Positions 1-15,927 of a stretch of 64,000 nucleotides of DNA are shown one piece after another. Made by a program: the position numbers and the translations under genes. The stretch's first letter is position 1. Each line of letters begins with the position of its first letter. The DNA comes from an uncultured delta proteobacterium (GTDB lineage: Bacteria > Desulfobacterota > Binatia > UBA9968), in NCBI GenBank assembly GCA_963745835.1, contig CAVUZH010000003.1, positions 1,024,001-1,088,000 on the forward strand, written 5' to 3'. The notes below the pieces were generated by a model. It saw nothing but the letters and a program-made list of their open reading frames with translations. It had not been told where the DNA came from and ran no database searches.

Positions 1-321
1 TGTTTTCCGGCCATACAACGAGGTGAAAAACTCCAGGTTTTCACGCACGGTAAGATCTTCATAAAGGTGGGCGGCAGGCGCAAGTAGGCCGATCTGAGCT
101 CGCGACGATCCATTGGCGCGTGACAATGGCATACGGTCAAGCTCAATCTTTCCAAGGCTCGCTGGAGTCAGCCCGGCGATTAGTTTTAGTAGGGTGGTCT
201 TACCGGCACCGTTGGGTCCGAGTAGAGCGACGAGTTCGCCTGGCGGGAGATCCAAGTTCAGGTCTTTTAGCGCCCAAAAAAAACCGTAAGCCTTGGACAA
301 CTTCTCAACCGTCAAACGCAA
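1..321 (-). CDS. ABC transporter ATP-binding protein (CcmA-like), truncated by window edge
   Basis: Manual translation from TTG at 321: MRLTVEKLSKAYGFFWALKDLNLDLPPGELVALLGPNGAGKTTLLKLIAG...LYEDLTVRENLEFF, with Walker A motif. Not in the ORF track. Confidence 0.85.
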   Translation of the reverse strand, partial: MRLTVEKLSKAYGFFWALKDLNLDLPPGELVALLGPNGAGKTTLLKLIAGLTPASLGKIELDRMPLSRANGSSRAQIGLLAPAAHLYEDLTVRENLEFFTSLYGRKT

Positions 322-500
322 CGGAGTACCTGAAAGGAGTGCCGCGAATTCATCGGAGTTGATCGAATATAGTGATCGAAGATCAAGGATTCAAGCCTGT
401 TTCGGACTGCGTCTATCGTGGAGAAGTCGATTGACGATTTTCACCGATGTCGCCTATGTGTTAGAGTCGCGCGAATTTCGAGCGACAATGAGGAGGAGTT

Positions 501-1196
501 ATGAACCCCGTGGTTACCGTGACCGGCGCCTGGAACGCCTTCGCAACTAAGATCGCTGCATTCCTACCTGATCTTATCGCAGCCATTTTCATCGTCGTAT
601 TTGGTTGGATCCTCTGTAACATCATCAAGCGCATCGTCATTCGTGTTCTTCGCCTGGTTCATTTTGACACCGTCGCTGAACGCGCCGGCATAAAGCAAAT
701 TCTCGAACGCGGTGGAATTCAGCAGAGCCCCTCCGAAATTCTTGGCCTACTATTCTTCTGGTTCCTCTTTTTGATCGTGATAGTCGCGACCTTAGAAACG
801 CTCAACCTTAGCGGCGCCACCGATACGCTCAACGCAATCTATCTGTATCTCCCGAAGATTGCGGCGGCAATCGTCATGTTGATTCTTGGCCTTTATTTCG
901 CGAATTTTCTAGAAACCGTCACTCGAACTTCCTGCGCCAACGCCGGATTGGAGCAGGCTGGCTCGATCGGGCGCGCCGCTTACGTCATTACAACAATATT
1001 CGTCGTTGCGGGGATTTTTGAAATCCTCGATATCGCCTCCGAGATTGTTATTTGGGCTTTTATTCTCGTCTTCGGCGCGGTTTGCCTGGCGTTGGCTTTA
1101 GCCTTCGGTTTGGGCGGTAGAGAGGTTGCCGGCCGTTACCTCGAAAAATGGTTGGAACAAAAAGATAATGATAAGACGAAATTGATGCAGCCGTGA
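501..1196 (+). CDS. CmpX-like / small-conductance mechanosensitive channel TM-helix membrane protein
   Basis: Repeated 'FLPDLIAA'/'YLPKIAAA' TM_helix units and C-terminal ALALAFGLGGRE; RBS GAGGAG. Confidence 0.8.
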   Translation: MNPVVTVTGAWNAFATKIAAFLPDLIAAIFIVVFGWILCNIIKRIVIRVLRLVHFDTVAERAGIKQILERGGIQQSPSEILGLLFFWFLFLIVIVATLETLNLSGATDTLNAIYLYLPKIAAAIVMLILGLYFANFLETVTRTSCANAGLEQAGSIGRAAYVITTIFVVAGIFEILDIASEIVIWAFILVFGAVCLALALAFGLGGREVAGRYLEKWLEQKDNDKTKLMQP

Positions 1197-1459
1197 GATT
1201 CAAGTCGCGCAGCAATCCCATCACTGTGGCCGGACGCATGACCGTCTGGGTTCTGTAGGTTGGTATTCCGAACAGCGAGTCTGAAAAAAACTAATATCCG
1301 CAATCCTCCCGGCTCTTGGGATTGACGCTTGCGTGCTTTGGTAGCCAATTCCTTGACTCCCTCAATCCAATCAGATAACTTCGAAGCATTCAAAATTTTT
1401 CGAACAATGCCTAAGGGTTAGATTAAACTCTTAGGCATTTTTACAGGTCGAGGGAGGCT

Positions 1460-2866
<1,407 letters not shown>

Positions 2867-2916
2867 GCGGCCAGCGCAGGCGAGTGCTGAATTTGATCGA
2901 ACTAATTGAGGATTTT

Positions 2917-3861
2917 ATGCCTAGGAAGAAGATAGCGCTGATCGGTGCCGGAAATATCGGCGGTTCGATGGCGCACCTTTGTTTGCTCAAGGGATTGGGT
3001 GATGTGGTTCTTTTCGATGTTGTAGAGGGATTGCCCCAGGGCAAGGCGCTCGACTTATCTCATGCCGGACCGGTCGAAGGCTTTGACGGCAATGTCATTG
3101 GCACTAATACCTATGAAGATATTGCCGGCTCCGACGTTTGTATTGTCACGGCAGGAATTGCCCGGAAACCCGGCATGAGCCGCGATGATCTTCTCGGAAC
3201 CAACGCCAAAATCCTTACGTCGGTTGCCGACGGAATAAAGAAACACGCCCCGAATTCGCTGGTCATTGTTGTTACCAACCCGTTGGATGCGATGGTCACA
3301 TTGATGAAAAGGGCCACCGGTTTTCCAAAAAACCGAGTTGTCGGACAGTCCGGCATCCTGGACTCCTCCCGGTACCGCTCGTTCATTGCCCGGGAACTAA
3401 ACGTTTCAGTGAATAGCGTCGCCGCCATGGTATTAGGCGGTCACGGAGACGACATGGTTCCGGTTCGCAGCACCTGTATTATCGGCGGCGTGCCAGTTGA
3501 AAAGCTGATTCCGAGCAAGCGACTTGACGAGATCGAAGCCCGGGTGCGCAATGCCGGCGGCGAGGTGGTCGCGTTGTTGAAGACCGGATCGGCTTATTTC
3601 TCACCCGCATCGGCTGCCATTCGCATGACCGAAGCTTATCTGTTTGACAAAAAGGAAATTCTACCTTGCGCGGCGTTGCTCGATGGCGAGTACGGCGTCA
3701 ACGGCTATTACTTCTGTGTTCCGGTGATCCTAGGCGCCGGCGGCGTCGAAAAGATCATCGAAATCGATTTGCACGCGGCGGATAGAAAAGCGTTCGACGA
3801 GTCGCTCAATCACGTTAAAGATATTGTTCAAGCAATGGACCGTGTGTTGGGCGGCACTTGA
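2917..3861 (+). CDS. mdh: Malate dehydrogenase (LDH-like)
   Basis: [28 protein letters not shown] motifs; start moved to the ATG at 2917 after GAGG. Confidence 0.96.
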   Translation: MPRKKIALIGAGNIGGSMAHLCLLKGLGDVVLFDVVEGLPQGKALDLSHAGPVEGFDGNVIGTNTYEDIAGSDVCIVTAGIARKPGMSRDDLLGTNAKILTSVADGIKKHAPNSLVIVVTNPLDAMVTLMKRATGFPKNRVVGQSGILDSSRYRSFIARELNVSVNSVAAMVLGGHGDDMVPVRSTCIIGGVPVEKLIPSKRLDEIEARVRNAGGEVVALLKTGSAYFSPASAAIRMTEAYLFDKKEILPCAALLDGEYGVNGYYFCVPVILGAGGVEKIIEIDLHAADRKAFDESLNHVKDIVQAMDRVLGGT

Positions 3862-3888
3862 TCCTTTGTTTGCAAGTCAAACGACAAG

Positions 3889-3931
3889 GAGGCCCTGAGA
3901 CTTGTAGATAGTCTTAGGGTCTCGTTTTGTT
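3889..3931 (+). terminator. Intrinsic terminator-like hairpin between mdh and sucC
   Basis: GAGGCCCTGAGACT-loop-AGTCTTAGGGTCTC followed by GTTTTGTT. Confidence 0.5.
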
Positions 3932-3943
3932 GCGAGCTTACGT

Positions 3944-5110
3944 ATGAATATCCACGAATATCAAGCCAAAGAGATTCTCAAGGGTTACCGGGTCCCGGTT
4001 CCCCGGGGCGAAGTTGCGGCAACGCCGGAGGAGGCCAAAGCGGCGGCAATTAGGCTTGGCGGCGGCACCTGTGTCGTAAAAGCCCAGATTCATGCCGGCG
4101 GGCGCGGCAAAGCGGGCGGCGTGAAGCTGGCGCGCAACCCTGAAGAGGCCGAACAAAAAGCTCGTGAGATGATCGGCAGAAATCTCGTAACCCATCAAAC
4201 GGGACCGGAAGGCCGCCGGGTTAGACGAGTGCTGATCGAAGAGGGGTTGAACATTGACCGTGAGCTCTACCTCGCTCTGGTTCTCGATCGCGCCGAGTCG
4301 CGAGTTTCAATGATCTGCTCCTCCGAAGGCGGCGTCGAGATCGAAGAGGTTGCCGAAAAACATCCCGAAAAGATCTTGAAAGAGACCATCGATCCGGTGA
4401 TCGGCCTGGCGGGTTTTCAATGCCGGCGGCTTGCCTATGGTCTCAACATTCCGGGTGAGCTGGTCGGCAAAATGACCGCTGTCATGCAAGCCCTGTATCG
4501 CGCCTTTGACGATGCCGATTGTTCGATCGCTGAGATCAACCCTCTAATCATCACTAAAGAGGGTCAGGTCATGGCATTGGACGCTAAGATGAACTTCGAT
4601 AGCAATGCGCTCTATCGGCATAAAGATATCGTCGCGCTGCGTGATCTGAACGAGGAGGACCCGCGCGAAATCGAAGCAAGCAAGTTTGAGCTCTCCTATA
4701 TCTCCTTGGATGGTAATATCGCTTGCATGGTTAACGGCGCCGGCCTGGCGATGGCGACCATGGATATCATCAAGCTGTGCGGTGGCGAGCCGGCGAATTT
4801 TTTGGATGTGGGCGGCGGCGCTTCCAAAGAAAAAGTTGCACAAGCCTTTAAAATTCTCCTTGCCGATCCTCGAGTGCGCGGTGTTCTGATCAATATTTTC
4901 GGTGGCATCATGCGCTGCGATGTGCTGGCTCAGGGTATCGTCGATGCGGCTCATGAGATGAACATTCAAGTGCCTCTGGTGGTGCGGATGGAGGGCACCA
5001 ACGTCGGTCAGGGCAAGAAGATTCTCGCCGATTCCGGTATGGCGATCATCCCTGCCGAAACGATGGCGGAAGCGGCAGAAAAAATCGTTGCCGCCGTGGA
5101 GAAGCGATAG
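3944..5110 (+). CDS. sucC: Succinyl-CoA synthetase beta subunit
   Basis: [44 protein letters not shown] motifs. Confidence 0.98.
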   Translation: MNIHEYQAKEILKGYRVPVPRGEVAATPEEAKAAAIRLGGGTCVVKAQIHAGGRGKAGGVKLARNPEEAEQKAREMIGRNLVTHQTGPEGRRVRRVLIEEGLNIDRELYLALVLDRAESRVSMICSSEGGVEIEEVAEKHPEKILKETIDPVIGLAGFQCRRLAYGLNIPGELVGKMTAVMQALYRAFDDADCSIAEINPLIITKEGQVMALDAKMNFDSNALYRHKDIVALRDLNEEDPREIEASKFELSYISLDGNIACMVNGAGLAMATMDIIKLCGGEPANFLDVGGGASKEKVAQAFKILLADPRVRGVLINIFGGIMRCDVLAQGIVDAAHEMNIQVPLVVRMEGTNVGQGKKILADSGMAIIPAETMAEAAEKIVAAVEKR

Positions 5111-5128
5111 TCTCTCAGGTAATCTTAA

Positions 5129-6004
5129 ATGGCTATTCTGGTAAACAAGCAGACCCGAGTATTGACCCAGGGAATCACCGGCGCCACCGGGCAATTCCAT
5201 ACCACAGCATGCAAAGAATACGGCACTCAGATGGTAGGCGGCGTGACCCCCGGCAAAGGCGGCACCAGCTATGACGGGATACCCATATTCGATACAGTTG
5301 CCCAGGCTGTAGCCGAGACGGCAGCGAATGCCACGGTCATCTATGTGCCGCCGCCGTTTGCCGCTGATGCGATTCTCGAGGCTGCTGACGCCGGCATCCC
5401 GTTGATCATCTGTATCACCGAAGGCGTGCCCGTGCGCGACATGGTACGAGTCAAACGGTACCTGACCGGTAAGACCTCGCAGCTGTTAGGACCCAATTGT
5501 CCCGGCGTGATTACACCCGGCGAGTGTAAGATCGGCATCATGCCTGGGCATATTCATCGACAGGGGAGCCTCGGTGTGGTTTCGCGCAGCGGCACCCTGA
5601 CTTATGAGGCTGTCGATCAGTTGTCCCGTCTAGGCCTGGGACAATCGACCTGTGTAGGAATTGGCGGTGATCCTGTGCATGGTTTTGAATTCGTCGACGT
5701 GCTGGACCTGTTTAATCGTGATCCGGGCACTGAAGCCGTCGTCATGATCGGCGAGATCGGCGGCAGCGCGGAAGAAGAAGCTGCCGCGTGGATCAAAGCC
5801 AACATGAAAAAACCAGTGATCGGCTTTATCGCCGGTCAAACTGCACCGCCGGGCAAGAGAATGGGACACGCCGGGGCAATTATCTCGGGAGGCAAGGGTA
5901 CCGCCCGTGAAAAGATTGAGGCGATGAAAGCGGCAGGCATCAGAATGTCGGAGTCGCCGGCAACCATCGGCCAAACAATGCAGGAGGCTCTAACGAAATC
6001 ATGA
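5129..6004 (+). CDS. sucD: Succinyl-CoA synthetase alpha subunit
   Basis: [27 protein letters not shown] motifs. Confidence 0.98.
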   Translation: MAILVNKQTRVLTQGITGATGQFHTTACKEYGTQMVGGVTPGKGGTSYDGIPIFDTVAQAVAETAANATVIYVPPPFAADAILEAADAGIPLIICITEGVPVRDMVRVKRYLTGKTSQLLGPNCPGVITPGECKIGIMPGHIHRQGSLGVVSRSGTLTYEAVDQLSRLGLGQSTCVGIGGDPVHGFEFVDVLDLFNRDPGTEAVVMIGEIGGSAEEEAAAWIKANMKKPVIGFIAGQTAPPGKRMGHAGAIISGGKGTAREKIEAMKAAGIRMSESPATIGQTMQEALTKS

Positions 6005-6429
6005 CTGAAGTAACGCTGTCGATTATCAAACCCGACGCGGTGCAGCGAAATCTCATTGGCGAGATTCTCCGACGCTTTGAATCGGCCGGCTTGAAAGTGG
6101 TGGGGGGAAAGTTGCTCCGGCTCTCGCCCGAGCGCGCGCAGGCGTTCTATGCGGTGCACAAGGAGCGACCATTTTTTGCCGGCTTGTGCACGTACATGTC
6201 TTCCGGTCCAATTTTCGTTTCGGTACTCGAGGGCGCGGGCGCCATCGCCAAAAACCGCGAGATCATGGGCGCCACCGACCCAGCTAAAGCCGCCCCAGGC
6301 ACGATTCGTAAAGATTGCGGCACCGACGTCGAAGCCAATGCAGTGCACGGTTCCGATGGTCCGGAAACAGCCGGCGCTGAGATCGCTTTCTTTTTCAAAC
6401 CGGAAGAGGTCTTTCGATCTTCGAAGTAA
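6001..6429 (+). CDS. ndk: Nucleoside diphosphate kinase
   Basis: IIKPDAV, GATDP, PGTIR, NAVHGSD motifs. Confidence 0.97.
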   Translation: MTEVTLSIIKPDAVQRNLIGEILRRFESAGLKVVGGKLLRLSPERAQAFYAVHKERPFFAGLCTYMSSGPIFVSVLEGAGAIAKNREIMGATDPAKAAPGTIRKDCGTDVEANAVHGSDGPETAGAEIAFFFKPEEVFRSSK

Positions 6430-6456
6430 ACAATCTGCCGATTCACGAGCGCTCTT

Positions 6457-7518
6457 GTGGTGAAGCCAAATATCAAGGATTTGAGCTTCAACGATTTTGA
6501 AGCCTATCTGCTCGAGCGCAAGCAGCCGGCTTACCGCGCGCGCCAGGTATGGCAATGGCTGTACCAGAAACACGCTATTTCGTTCGCAGAAATGACCAAT
6601 GTCTCGGGAGTTTTCCGCGAACAGCTAGCGGCAGATTTCAGCATTAGCCGGCTGGCAGTCGAGCGCAGGGCGGATTCCGCCGATGGCACGATAAAGTTTC
6701 TGTTTCGATTGGCTGACGATCGCAGCATTGAGAGTGTTTTGATTCCTGAAACGAACCGACTGACTCTTTGCATTTCAACTCAGGTCGGTTGCGCTTTTGG
6801 TTGCGCGTTTTGTGCTACTGCGCTTCTGGGCCTGAAGCGAAATCTTCGTGCCAGCGAAATTATCGATCAGATCCTAGAAGCAAGCCGGACTCTGACGGAA
6901 GACCGGCGGATTACAAATATAGTGTTGATGGGCATGGGAGAACCGCTGGCGAATTACGCGCAAACGGTCGAGGCCCTCAGAGTGATGACCGACAACAGCT
7001 GGGGCATCGGCATCTCGCCGCGACGAATCACCTTATCGACCGTTGGACTGGTCCCGCAGATACGCAAATTGATGGATGAAACCAACGTGAGTCTGGCCAT
7101 TTCGCTGCATGCCGCCAGTGACGAGTTGCGAAGCCAGTTGATGCCGGTAAATCGCAAGTACTCATTACGGCAGTTGATGGATTGCTGCCGGGCCCTGCCG
7201 ATTCCGCGGCGCAAGCGTATTACCTTCGAGTACGTACTCTTGCGCGGCGTCAACGATTCGGCCGCGGACGCTCATAGTTTGGTAGAACTGTTGCGCGGTG
7301 TCCGCTGTAAGATAAACCTGATTCCTTTCAATCCGCATCAGGGCAGCCATTATCAACGGCCGGAGACCGAGAGCGTCGAGGACTTCCAGCAGATTCTTTC
7401 CTCTAACGGGCTGCAGGTCAATGTTCGCCGTCCGAGAGGCGATGACATTGCCGCTGCCTGCGGTCAGTTGCAAGGTGAAACAATCAAGGAGACGGAAGGC
7501 GCGGCCGGTCACTGCTGA
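6457..7518 (+). CDS. rlmN: 23S rRNA/tRNA adenine C2-methyltransferase RlmN
   Basis: CISTQVGCAFGCAFC radical SAM motif, MGMGEP, DIAAACGQL. Confidence 0.96.
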   Translation: MVKPNIKDLSFNDFEAYLLERKQPAYRARQVWQWLYQKHAISFAEMTNVSGVFREQLAADFSISRLAVERRADSADGTIKFLFRLADDRSIESVLIPETNRLTLCISTQVGCAFGCAFCATALLGLKRNLRASEIIDQILEASRTLTEDRRITNIVLMGMGEPLANYAQTVEALRVMTDNSWGIGISPRRITLSTVGLVPQIRKLMDETNVSLAISLHAASDELRSQLMPVNRKYSLRQLMDCCRALPIPRRKRITFEYVLLRGVNDSAADAHSLVELLRGVRCKINLIPFNPHQGSHYQRPETESVEDFQQILSSNGLQVNVRRPRGDDIAAACGQLQGETIKETEGAAGHC

Positions 7519-7532
7519 AATCATCGAACAAC

Positions 7533-8394
7533 ATGAACAAACAAGTCGTCGGTGTGATCGGTGGCAGCGGCCTTTACCAAATTGAAGGCTTGCAGCACGT
7601 CCGGGAACTTGATGTCAGCACTCCTTTCGGAAAACCTTCGGACAAATTCATTCGAGGATTGCTGGGTGAGACGGAATTGCTGTTCCTGCCGCGTCATGGC
7701 AGAGGGCATCGTTGGTTACCCACCGAGATAAATTTTCGCGCCAATATCTTCGGCATGAAAAAGCTCGGGGTTGAGAGGATAATCTCGGTAAGCGCGGTCG
7801 GCAGCCTGCAGGAAAAGATCGCGCCCGGTCACGTGGTCATACCCAACCAATTCATCGATCGCACGACACAACGCCCGAGCACCTTTTTTGGCAAGGGTGT
7901 AGTCGCTCATGTCAGTTTGGCCGACCCGTTCTGTAAAGAACTCTCGACGGAGTTGGCCAATGCGGCGAACGCAGCGGGGGCTACGATTCACCAAAGCGGC
8001 ACCTATCTTTGTATGGAGGGGCCGCAGTTCTCAACTCGCGCCGAATCGCATCTTTATCGCAATTGGGGCGCCGACATCATCGGCATGACCAACCTGCAGG
8101 AAGCCAAATTGGCTCGAGAAGCAGAGATCTGTTTCGCCACCTTGGCGTTGGCTACCGATTATGATTGCTGGAATGAATCGGCTGGTGATGTGGAAATCGA
8201 CCACGTGCTGGCGGTCTTGCAGCAGAACGTCGATTTGGCGAAAGAGGACCATCCGGGAGGCGATTAAAAATATCAGCGATGCACGCACCTGTGGCTGCGC
8301 CTGCGCCTTGAAAACCGCGATCATCACCGAGAAATCCAAAATCCCCAAGAAAGTACGGCGTGATCTGCGCCCGATCATTGGCAAATACCTATGA
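7533..8394 (+). CDS. mtnP: S-methyl-5'-thioadenosine phosphorylase, +1 frameshift near 8245
   Basis: GVIGGSG, LPRHG, EGPQFSTRAES, GMTNLQEAKLAREA, ATDYDCW; C-terminus continues in ORF 8161..8394. Confidence 0.9.
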
Positions 8395-9297
8395 GCATTT
8401 TAGTTGTTGGAACCGTCGCTTTCGATTCAATTGAGACCCCGTTCGGATCCGCTGAGCGGATTCTCGGCGGTTCGGCATCCTACTTTGCGTTGGGCGCTAG
8501 TTTTTTCGCTCCGGTAAGGATCGTTGGCGTAATCGGTCAGGATTTTCCGCAAGAATATTTGGATCTGTTTAGCCAACGGCAAATCGATCTCAAGGGCATC
8601 CAAAAGGCGAGCGGCGATACCTTTCACTGGCGCGGCAGATATCACGAAGATATCAACGTGCGCGATACGCTGGAGCTTCACCTTAATGTTTTGTCCGGTT
8701 TTGTGCCTGATCTTCCGGAGCGAGTATCGTGACGCCGAGTATGTCTTTCTCGGCAACATCGACCCTTTGATGCAGCTCGAAGTGCTCAATCAGATTCGCC
8801 GCATGCGCCTGGTGGTCTGTGACACGATGGATCACTGGATACGCGAAAGCCTGGACGGTTTACGCCAGGTGCTAAAGCGCATCGAAATGCTGGTAGTCAA
8901 CGATTCCGAAGCACGGCTGCTAAGCGGTGAGAGCAATATCGTGCGCGCGGCGCGCGCGATACTTAGAATGGGCCCGAAGGTCGTACTCGTCAAGCGCGGC
9001 GAATACGGTGTGCTGCAGTTCTCCGATTCATCAATTTTTGCTACCCCGGCTTATCCATTGGAAGAAGTGTTCGATCCTACCGGCGCCGGCGATTCTTTTG
9101 CCGGAGGCTTTCTCGGGCAATTGGCTCGCTCCGGGGACTTGAGTCAGCAGGGTATCCGTCGGGCGATCGTCTATGGCACCGTGGTGGCCTCCTTTACCGT
9201 GGAAGATTTTGGCGTCAAACGGTTGGCCAGCATTGCTATGCACGATATCGAGGAACGCTACCGAAGTTTCGCGCAGCTCACTGATTTTCACACCTGA
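8391..9297 (+). CDS. PfkB-family carbohydrate/nucleoside kinase, frameshift near 8717
   Basis: N-terminal VGTVAFD...LGGSA and C-terminal DPTGAGDSFAGG split over two ORFs. Confidence 0.88.
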
Positions 9298-9301
9298 TCT
9301 G

Positions 9302-10257
9302 ATGGACCTTTCTGATAGTCATCCCGGTTTTCAATGAAGAGGAAAATGTCGAGCCGCTCATCTCCGAAATCGAGGCCGCGCTAGACTCTCTGGGCAAGCG
9401 TTATGAAATAGTCGTTATCGACGACGGCAGCCGGGACAGTACTTTCCAAATTCTCGCGGAGATTTACAAAATTGACCCCCACCTTCGGGTTATCCAACTC
9501 AAACGAAACTTCGGACAAACCCCGGCATTGGCGGCTGGGCTTGCGCATGCCACGGGTGAAGTAGTGGTAATGTTGGATGGCGATGGCGCAAAATGATCCG
9601 GCGGATATTCCGGCCCTTTTGGTAAAACTGGAGGAGGGCAATGATATTGTCTGTGGCTGGAGGTACCGTCGCCAAGACCCATTTCTCAGACGCCGCCTGC
9701 CATCAATGATCGCCAATTCGCTGATTTCGTGGACGACTCAGGTCAAACTCCACGATTACGGCTGTACGTTGAAGGCGATACGCAAAGACATCGCCAAGAA
9801 TCTTAAGCTTTACGGCGAAATGCATCGCTTTATTCCCGCGATTGCGTATGAGCGCGGCGCAAAGATCGCCGAGCTGAAAGTCAATCACCGGCCCCGATTG
9901 CGCGGCAGATCGAAGTACGGCATTACCCGAACGGTACGGGTGATTTTAGATCTCATGACGGTCAAGTTTCTAATGAGCTACTCGACCCGGCCGTCGCATA
10001 TCTTCGGAATCATCGGTATTGGCAGCGGCGGTATAGGTTTTCTTCTGGGTATTTATCTCACGGTTCAGAAGTTGGTGTATGATATGGAAATCGGCGGCAG
10101 GCCACTTTTATTATTGGCGGTCATGCTAATCTTTGTCGGCTTCCAATTTGTCACCATGGGGCTGCTGGGAGAAATGTTGTCGCGCACTTATCATGAGTCT
10201 CAGGACAAGGCGGTATTTGTTGTCGGTGAAATTCTCGGGGAGAGGAGCTGTGCATGA
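9302..10257 (+). CDS. Glycosyltransferase family 2 (ArnC/Dpm1-like), frameshifts near 9314 and 9588
   Basis: Reconstructed [16 protein letters not shown]...DDGSRD...RNFGQ...DGDGQNDP, then [18 protein letters not shown] and two C-terminal TM helices. Confidence 0.85.
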
Positions 10258-11551
10258 AACTTGCGGTCATCGGAACCGGGTATGTTGGATTGGTAGCGGG
10301 AACTTGTTTTTCGGAAACCGGCAATGAAGTTATTTGTGTCGACATAGACGAGACCAAAATCGCAACACTTCAGCAGGGGAAGATTCCCATCTACGAGCCC
10401 GGCCTGGAAGAAATGGTGCGCCGTAATGCTGAAGAGCAACGTTTGATGTTTACCACCGATGTAAATTCAGCGGTGCGAAACTCGTCGATCATTTTCATCG
10501 CCGTGGGCACGCCGCAAGGCCTCAACGGTCATGCCAATCTGGAATATGTCCGTAACACCGTCCAAAAGTATCGCCAAAGCCATGGACGGCTTCAAAATCA
10601 TCGTCACCAAGAGCACTGTCCCGGTCGGCACCGCGGATCAGATTCGGCAGTGGATGTCCGAAGAAACATCCCAGCGATTTGCCGTGCTCTCCAATCCCGA
10701 ATTCATGAAGGAAGGCGCTGCGGTAGAAGACTTCATGAAACCGGACCGGGTCGTTCTCGGCGGCGATGACGCCGAAGCTTTGGAGATCATCAAAGAGCTC
10801 TACGAACCGTTCCTGCGCACCGGCAATCAGATACTGGTGATGGATAGCCGTAGCGCTGAGATGAGCAAGTATGCCGCCAATGCCATGCTTGCGACCAAAA
10901 TTTCGTTCATCAACGAAGTTTCGCGCTTATGCGAGTACATGGGCGCCGACATCAACGATGTGCGCCGGGCAATCGCATTGGACCGGCGTATCGGCCAACA
11001 TTTCATCTTCCCGGGAGTAGGTTATGGCGGTTCCTGCTTTCCCAAGGATATCCGCGCGATTATCAGCATGGGCGGCGACCAAGAAGAGATGTCTCTGATG
11101 AAGGCGGTGGAACAAGTCAACGAGCGCCAAAAGAGAGTTTTGGTCGAAAAGGTCAAGCACCGTTTCGGCGCAAAGCTCTCAGGCAAGATCTTTGCGGTTT
11201 GGGGGCTAGCGTTTAAACCGCGCACCGACGACATGCGCGACGCCCCGGCCATTGTGGTGATTGAAGCACTATTGCAAATGGGCGCTCGAATCCAGGCGTT
11301 CGATCCCGAGGCAACGGTGGAAGCCAGAAAAATATTCGGCGATCGAATCGTCTATGCCGCGCGAAATTACGATGCGCTGGACGGCGCCAGCGCTCTGCTG
11401 GTGCTTACCGAGTGGAACGAGTTTCGCCGGCCGGATTTCGAGCGCATCAAGGAACTACTCAAAGAGCCTATCATTTTCGACGGACGCAATATCTATGATC
11501 CCGTGGATTTGAAAAAACTCGGCTTCGACTATTACTCGATAGGACGCAAAA

Positions 11552-11559
<8 letters not shown>
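10254..11559 (+). CDS. ugd: UDP-glucose 6-dehydrogenase, frameshift near 10562
   Basis: [34 protein letters not shown] motifs. Confidence 0.92.
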
Positions 11560-13419
<1,860 letters not shown>

Positions 13420-13423
<4 letters not shown>

Positions 13424-15213
13424 GTCTTGAGCATATCCGAAATTTTTCAATCATCGCGCATATTGATCATGGTAAATCGACGTTGGCGGATCGCCTGCTT
13501 GAGTTCACCGGCGCGGTGAGCGCCAGGGAGAGGACCGATCAAATATTAGACAGCATGGATTTGGAGCGGGAGCGCGGGATTACGATCAAAGCCAGTCCCG
13601 TTTGCCTGCGTTACCAGGCAAAGGACGGCAAAGATTACAAGCTTAACCTCATCGATACCCCGGGCCACGTCGATTTCACTTACGAGGTGTCGCGTAGCTT
13701 GGCGGCCTGTGAGGGGGCATTACTGATCGTCGATGCCGCGCAGGGCGTTGAGGCTCAGACGGTGGCCAATGTTCACATGGCGTTGGACCACAATCTTGAA
13801 ATTCTTCCTGTCATAAACAAAATCGATCTTCCTAGCGCTGATCCCGAACGAGTGCGCAAAGAGATCGAGGACGTAATTGGCCTCGATGCTTCCAATGCGA
13901 TCCTGGCCAGCGCTAAAGAGGGGATTGGCACTGAAGAAATTCTCGAAGGCATCGTTCAGCGTTTTCCTCATCCTAAAGGAAGCGTCGATGGTCCGCTGCG
14001 GGCGTTGATTATCGACTCGTGGTTTGATCCTTATCATGGCGCAGTGGTGATGATGCGCATATTCGATGGCAAGGTCGCCAAAGGCTGTCGCATTCGCATG
14101 ATGTTTAGCGGCCGCGCTTTTGAAGTGACCCGCCTCGGTGTGTTTGCGCCGGCGCCAATCGAGGTCGACGAATTGCGCGCCGGTGAGGTCGGTTTTTTGA
14201 TGGCGGCGATCAAAGAAGTAGCCGAGACTCGAATCGGCGACACGGTCACACTCGACGATCGCCCAGCCGGGGAGCCGTTGGCCGGGTTCAAACCGATGAA
14301 GCCAATGGTCTTCAGCGGCCTCTATCCGACCGACGCCAATCAATACCAAAATTTGCGCGAAGCACTGGATAAGTTACGGTTAAACGATTCATCGTTCACC
14401 TTCGAGCCGGAAACATCTCAAGCCCTGGGTTTTGGATTCCGCTGTGGCTTTCTCGGCCTGCTCCACATGGACATCATCCGGGAGCGTCTCGAACGCGAAT
14501 TCGCTTTGAGCCTCATCACCACGGCCGCCACGGTGGTCTACCGGGTCATTAAAACGAGCGGCGAAGCCCTGCAGATCGATAACCCGGTGCGATTGCCACC
14601 GGAGGGCGACATCGAGCAGATCGAAGAGCCGATCATTCAAGCGACAATTCATTTGCCCCAGGAGTTCCTCGGAGGAGTGCTCGGGCTTTGTGAAGAAAAA
14701 CGCGGCACGCAGAAGGAGATCCGCTATCTCGGGCCCAAGCGAGTGATGATCGTTTACGAGCTGCCGTTGAATGAAATCGTCGTTGATTTTTACGATCGCT
14801 TGAAGTCGGTCAGCCGGGGCTATGCTTCCATGGAATACGAGCTAGCTGGCTATCGCGTCGCGGATCTGGTTAAACTAGACGTGCGAATTAACGGCGATGT
14901 GGTGGACGCCATGTCGATGATTGTGCATCGCGATAAGGCGTACTACCGAGGCCGCGACCTTGTGCAAAAAATGCGCGAGCTCATCCCGCGACAGATGTTC
15001 GAAGTCGTTATCCAAGCCGCCATTGGCAGCCGAATCATATCTCGAGAAGCGGTAAAAGCGTTGCGAAAGAATGTCACGGCCAAGTGCTACGGCGGTGATA
15101 TCACCCGCAAAAGAAAATTGCTGGAGCGGCAAAAAGAAGGAAAAAAGCGCATGAAACAGGTGGGCAAAGTAGAGATCCCCCAGGAAGCGTTCCTCGCTGC
15201 TCTCAAGGTTTAG
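13420..15213 (+). CDS. lepA: Elongation factor 4 LepA
   Basis: [42 protein letters not shown] motifs. Confidence 0.98.
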
Positions 15214-15224
15214 ATCGGAGTTCT

Positions 15225-15875
15225 ATGTCAGCCGGAAAAGCTACCAAGGCGGAGGGTCAATCATTGGCAAAAAGCAAATCGACCTTCCGCGAATACGCCG
15301 AAGCGATCGGGATGGCGCTCCTCTTGGCGCTTTTCATCCGGACCTTCATTGTTCAAGCGTTCAAAATACCATCTGGGTCGATGATCCCGACTTTGCAGAT
15401 CGGCGATCACATTCTCGTCAATAAGCTCGCGTACGGCATTCGGGTGCCGTTTGTAGAAGATTACGTGGTTGACTTCTCGAAACCAAAACGAGGCGACGTA
15501 GTCGTGTTTATCTTTCCTGAAGACCGCAGCAAGGATTTCATCAAGCGCGTGATCGGTGTGGCGGGGGATGAGGTTCAGATTCGCGGCAAAAAGGTTTTGA
15601 TCAACGGAAAAGAAATCGACGATCCCCACGCGCATTTCGAAGGCGATGACCCACAAACCGCGGGCCTTTCGAACCGCGATGATTACGGTCCGCGCACCGT
15701 GCCGGAGAATCATATTTTCGTCATGGGCGATAATCGGGATCGGAGCTACGATAGTCGATTTTGGGGTTACGTCAACTTAGACGAGGTGCGCGGCAAGGCA
15801 TTTTTGATCTACTGGTCCTGGGATGGCGCCGATCGTTGGGTGCGCTGGGAGCGTCTCGGCAGCCTGATCCGTTAG
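15225..15875 (+). CDS. lepB: Signal peptidase I
   Basis: IPSGSM (catalytic Ser), FIKRV (Lys), GDNRDRSYDSR. Confidence 0.96.
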   Translation: MSAGKATKAEGQSLAKSKSTFREYAEAIGMALLLALFIRTFIVQAFKIPSGSMIPTLQIGDHILVNKLAYGIRVPFVEDYVVDFSKPKRGDVVVFIFPEDRSKDFIKRVIGVAGDEVQIRGKKVLINGKEIDDPHAHFEGDDPQTAGLSNRDDYGPRTVPENHIFVMGDNRDRSYDSRFWGYVNLDEVRGKAFLIYWSWDGADRWVRWERLGSLIR

Positions 15876-15927
15876 GCCGAACCCGATTCAAAGAAAACTA
15901 TGCGGTTATTCCGAATCGATTCGAATC

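Noticed and set aside
120-550. Plus-strand ORFs 120..362 and 293..550
   Set aside because: They overlap the real minus-strand ABC ATPase and its promoter region and have no motifs.
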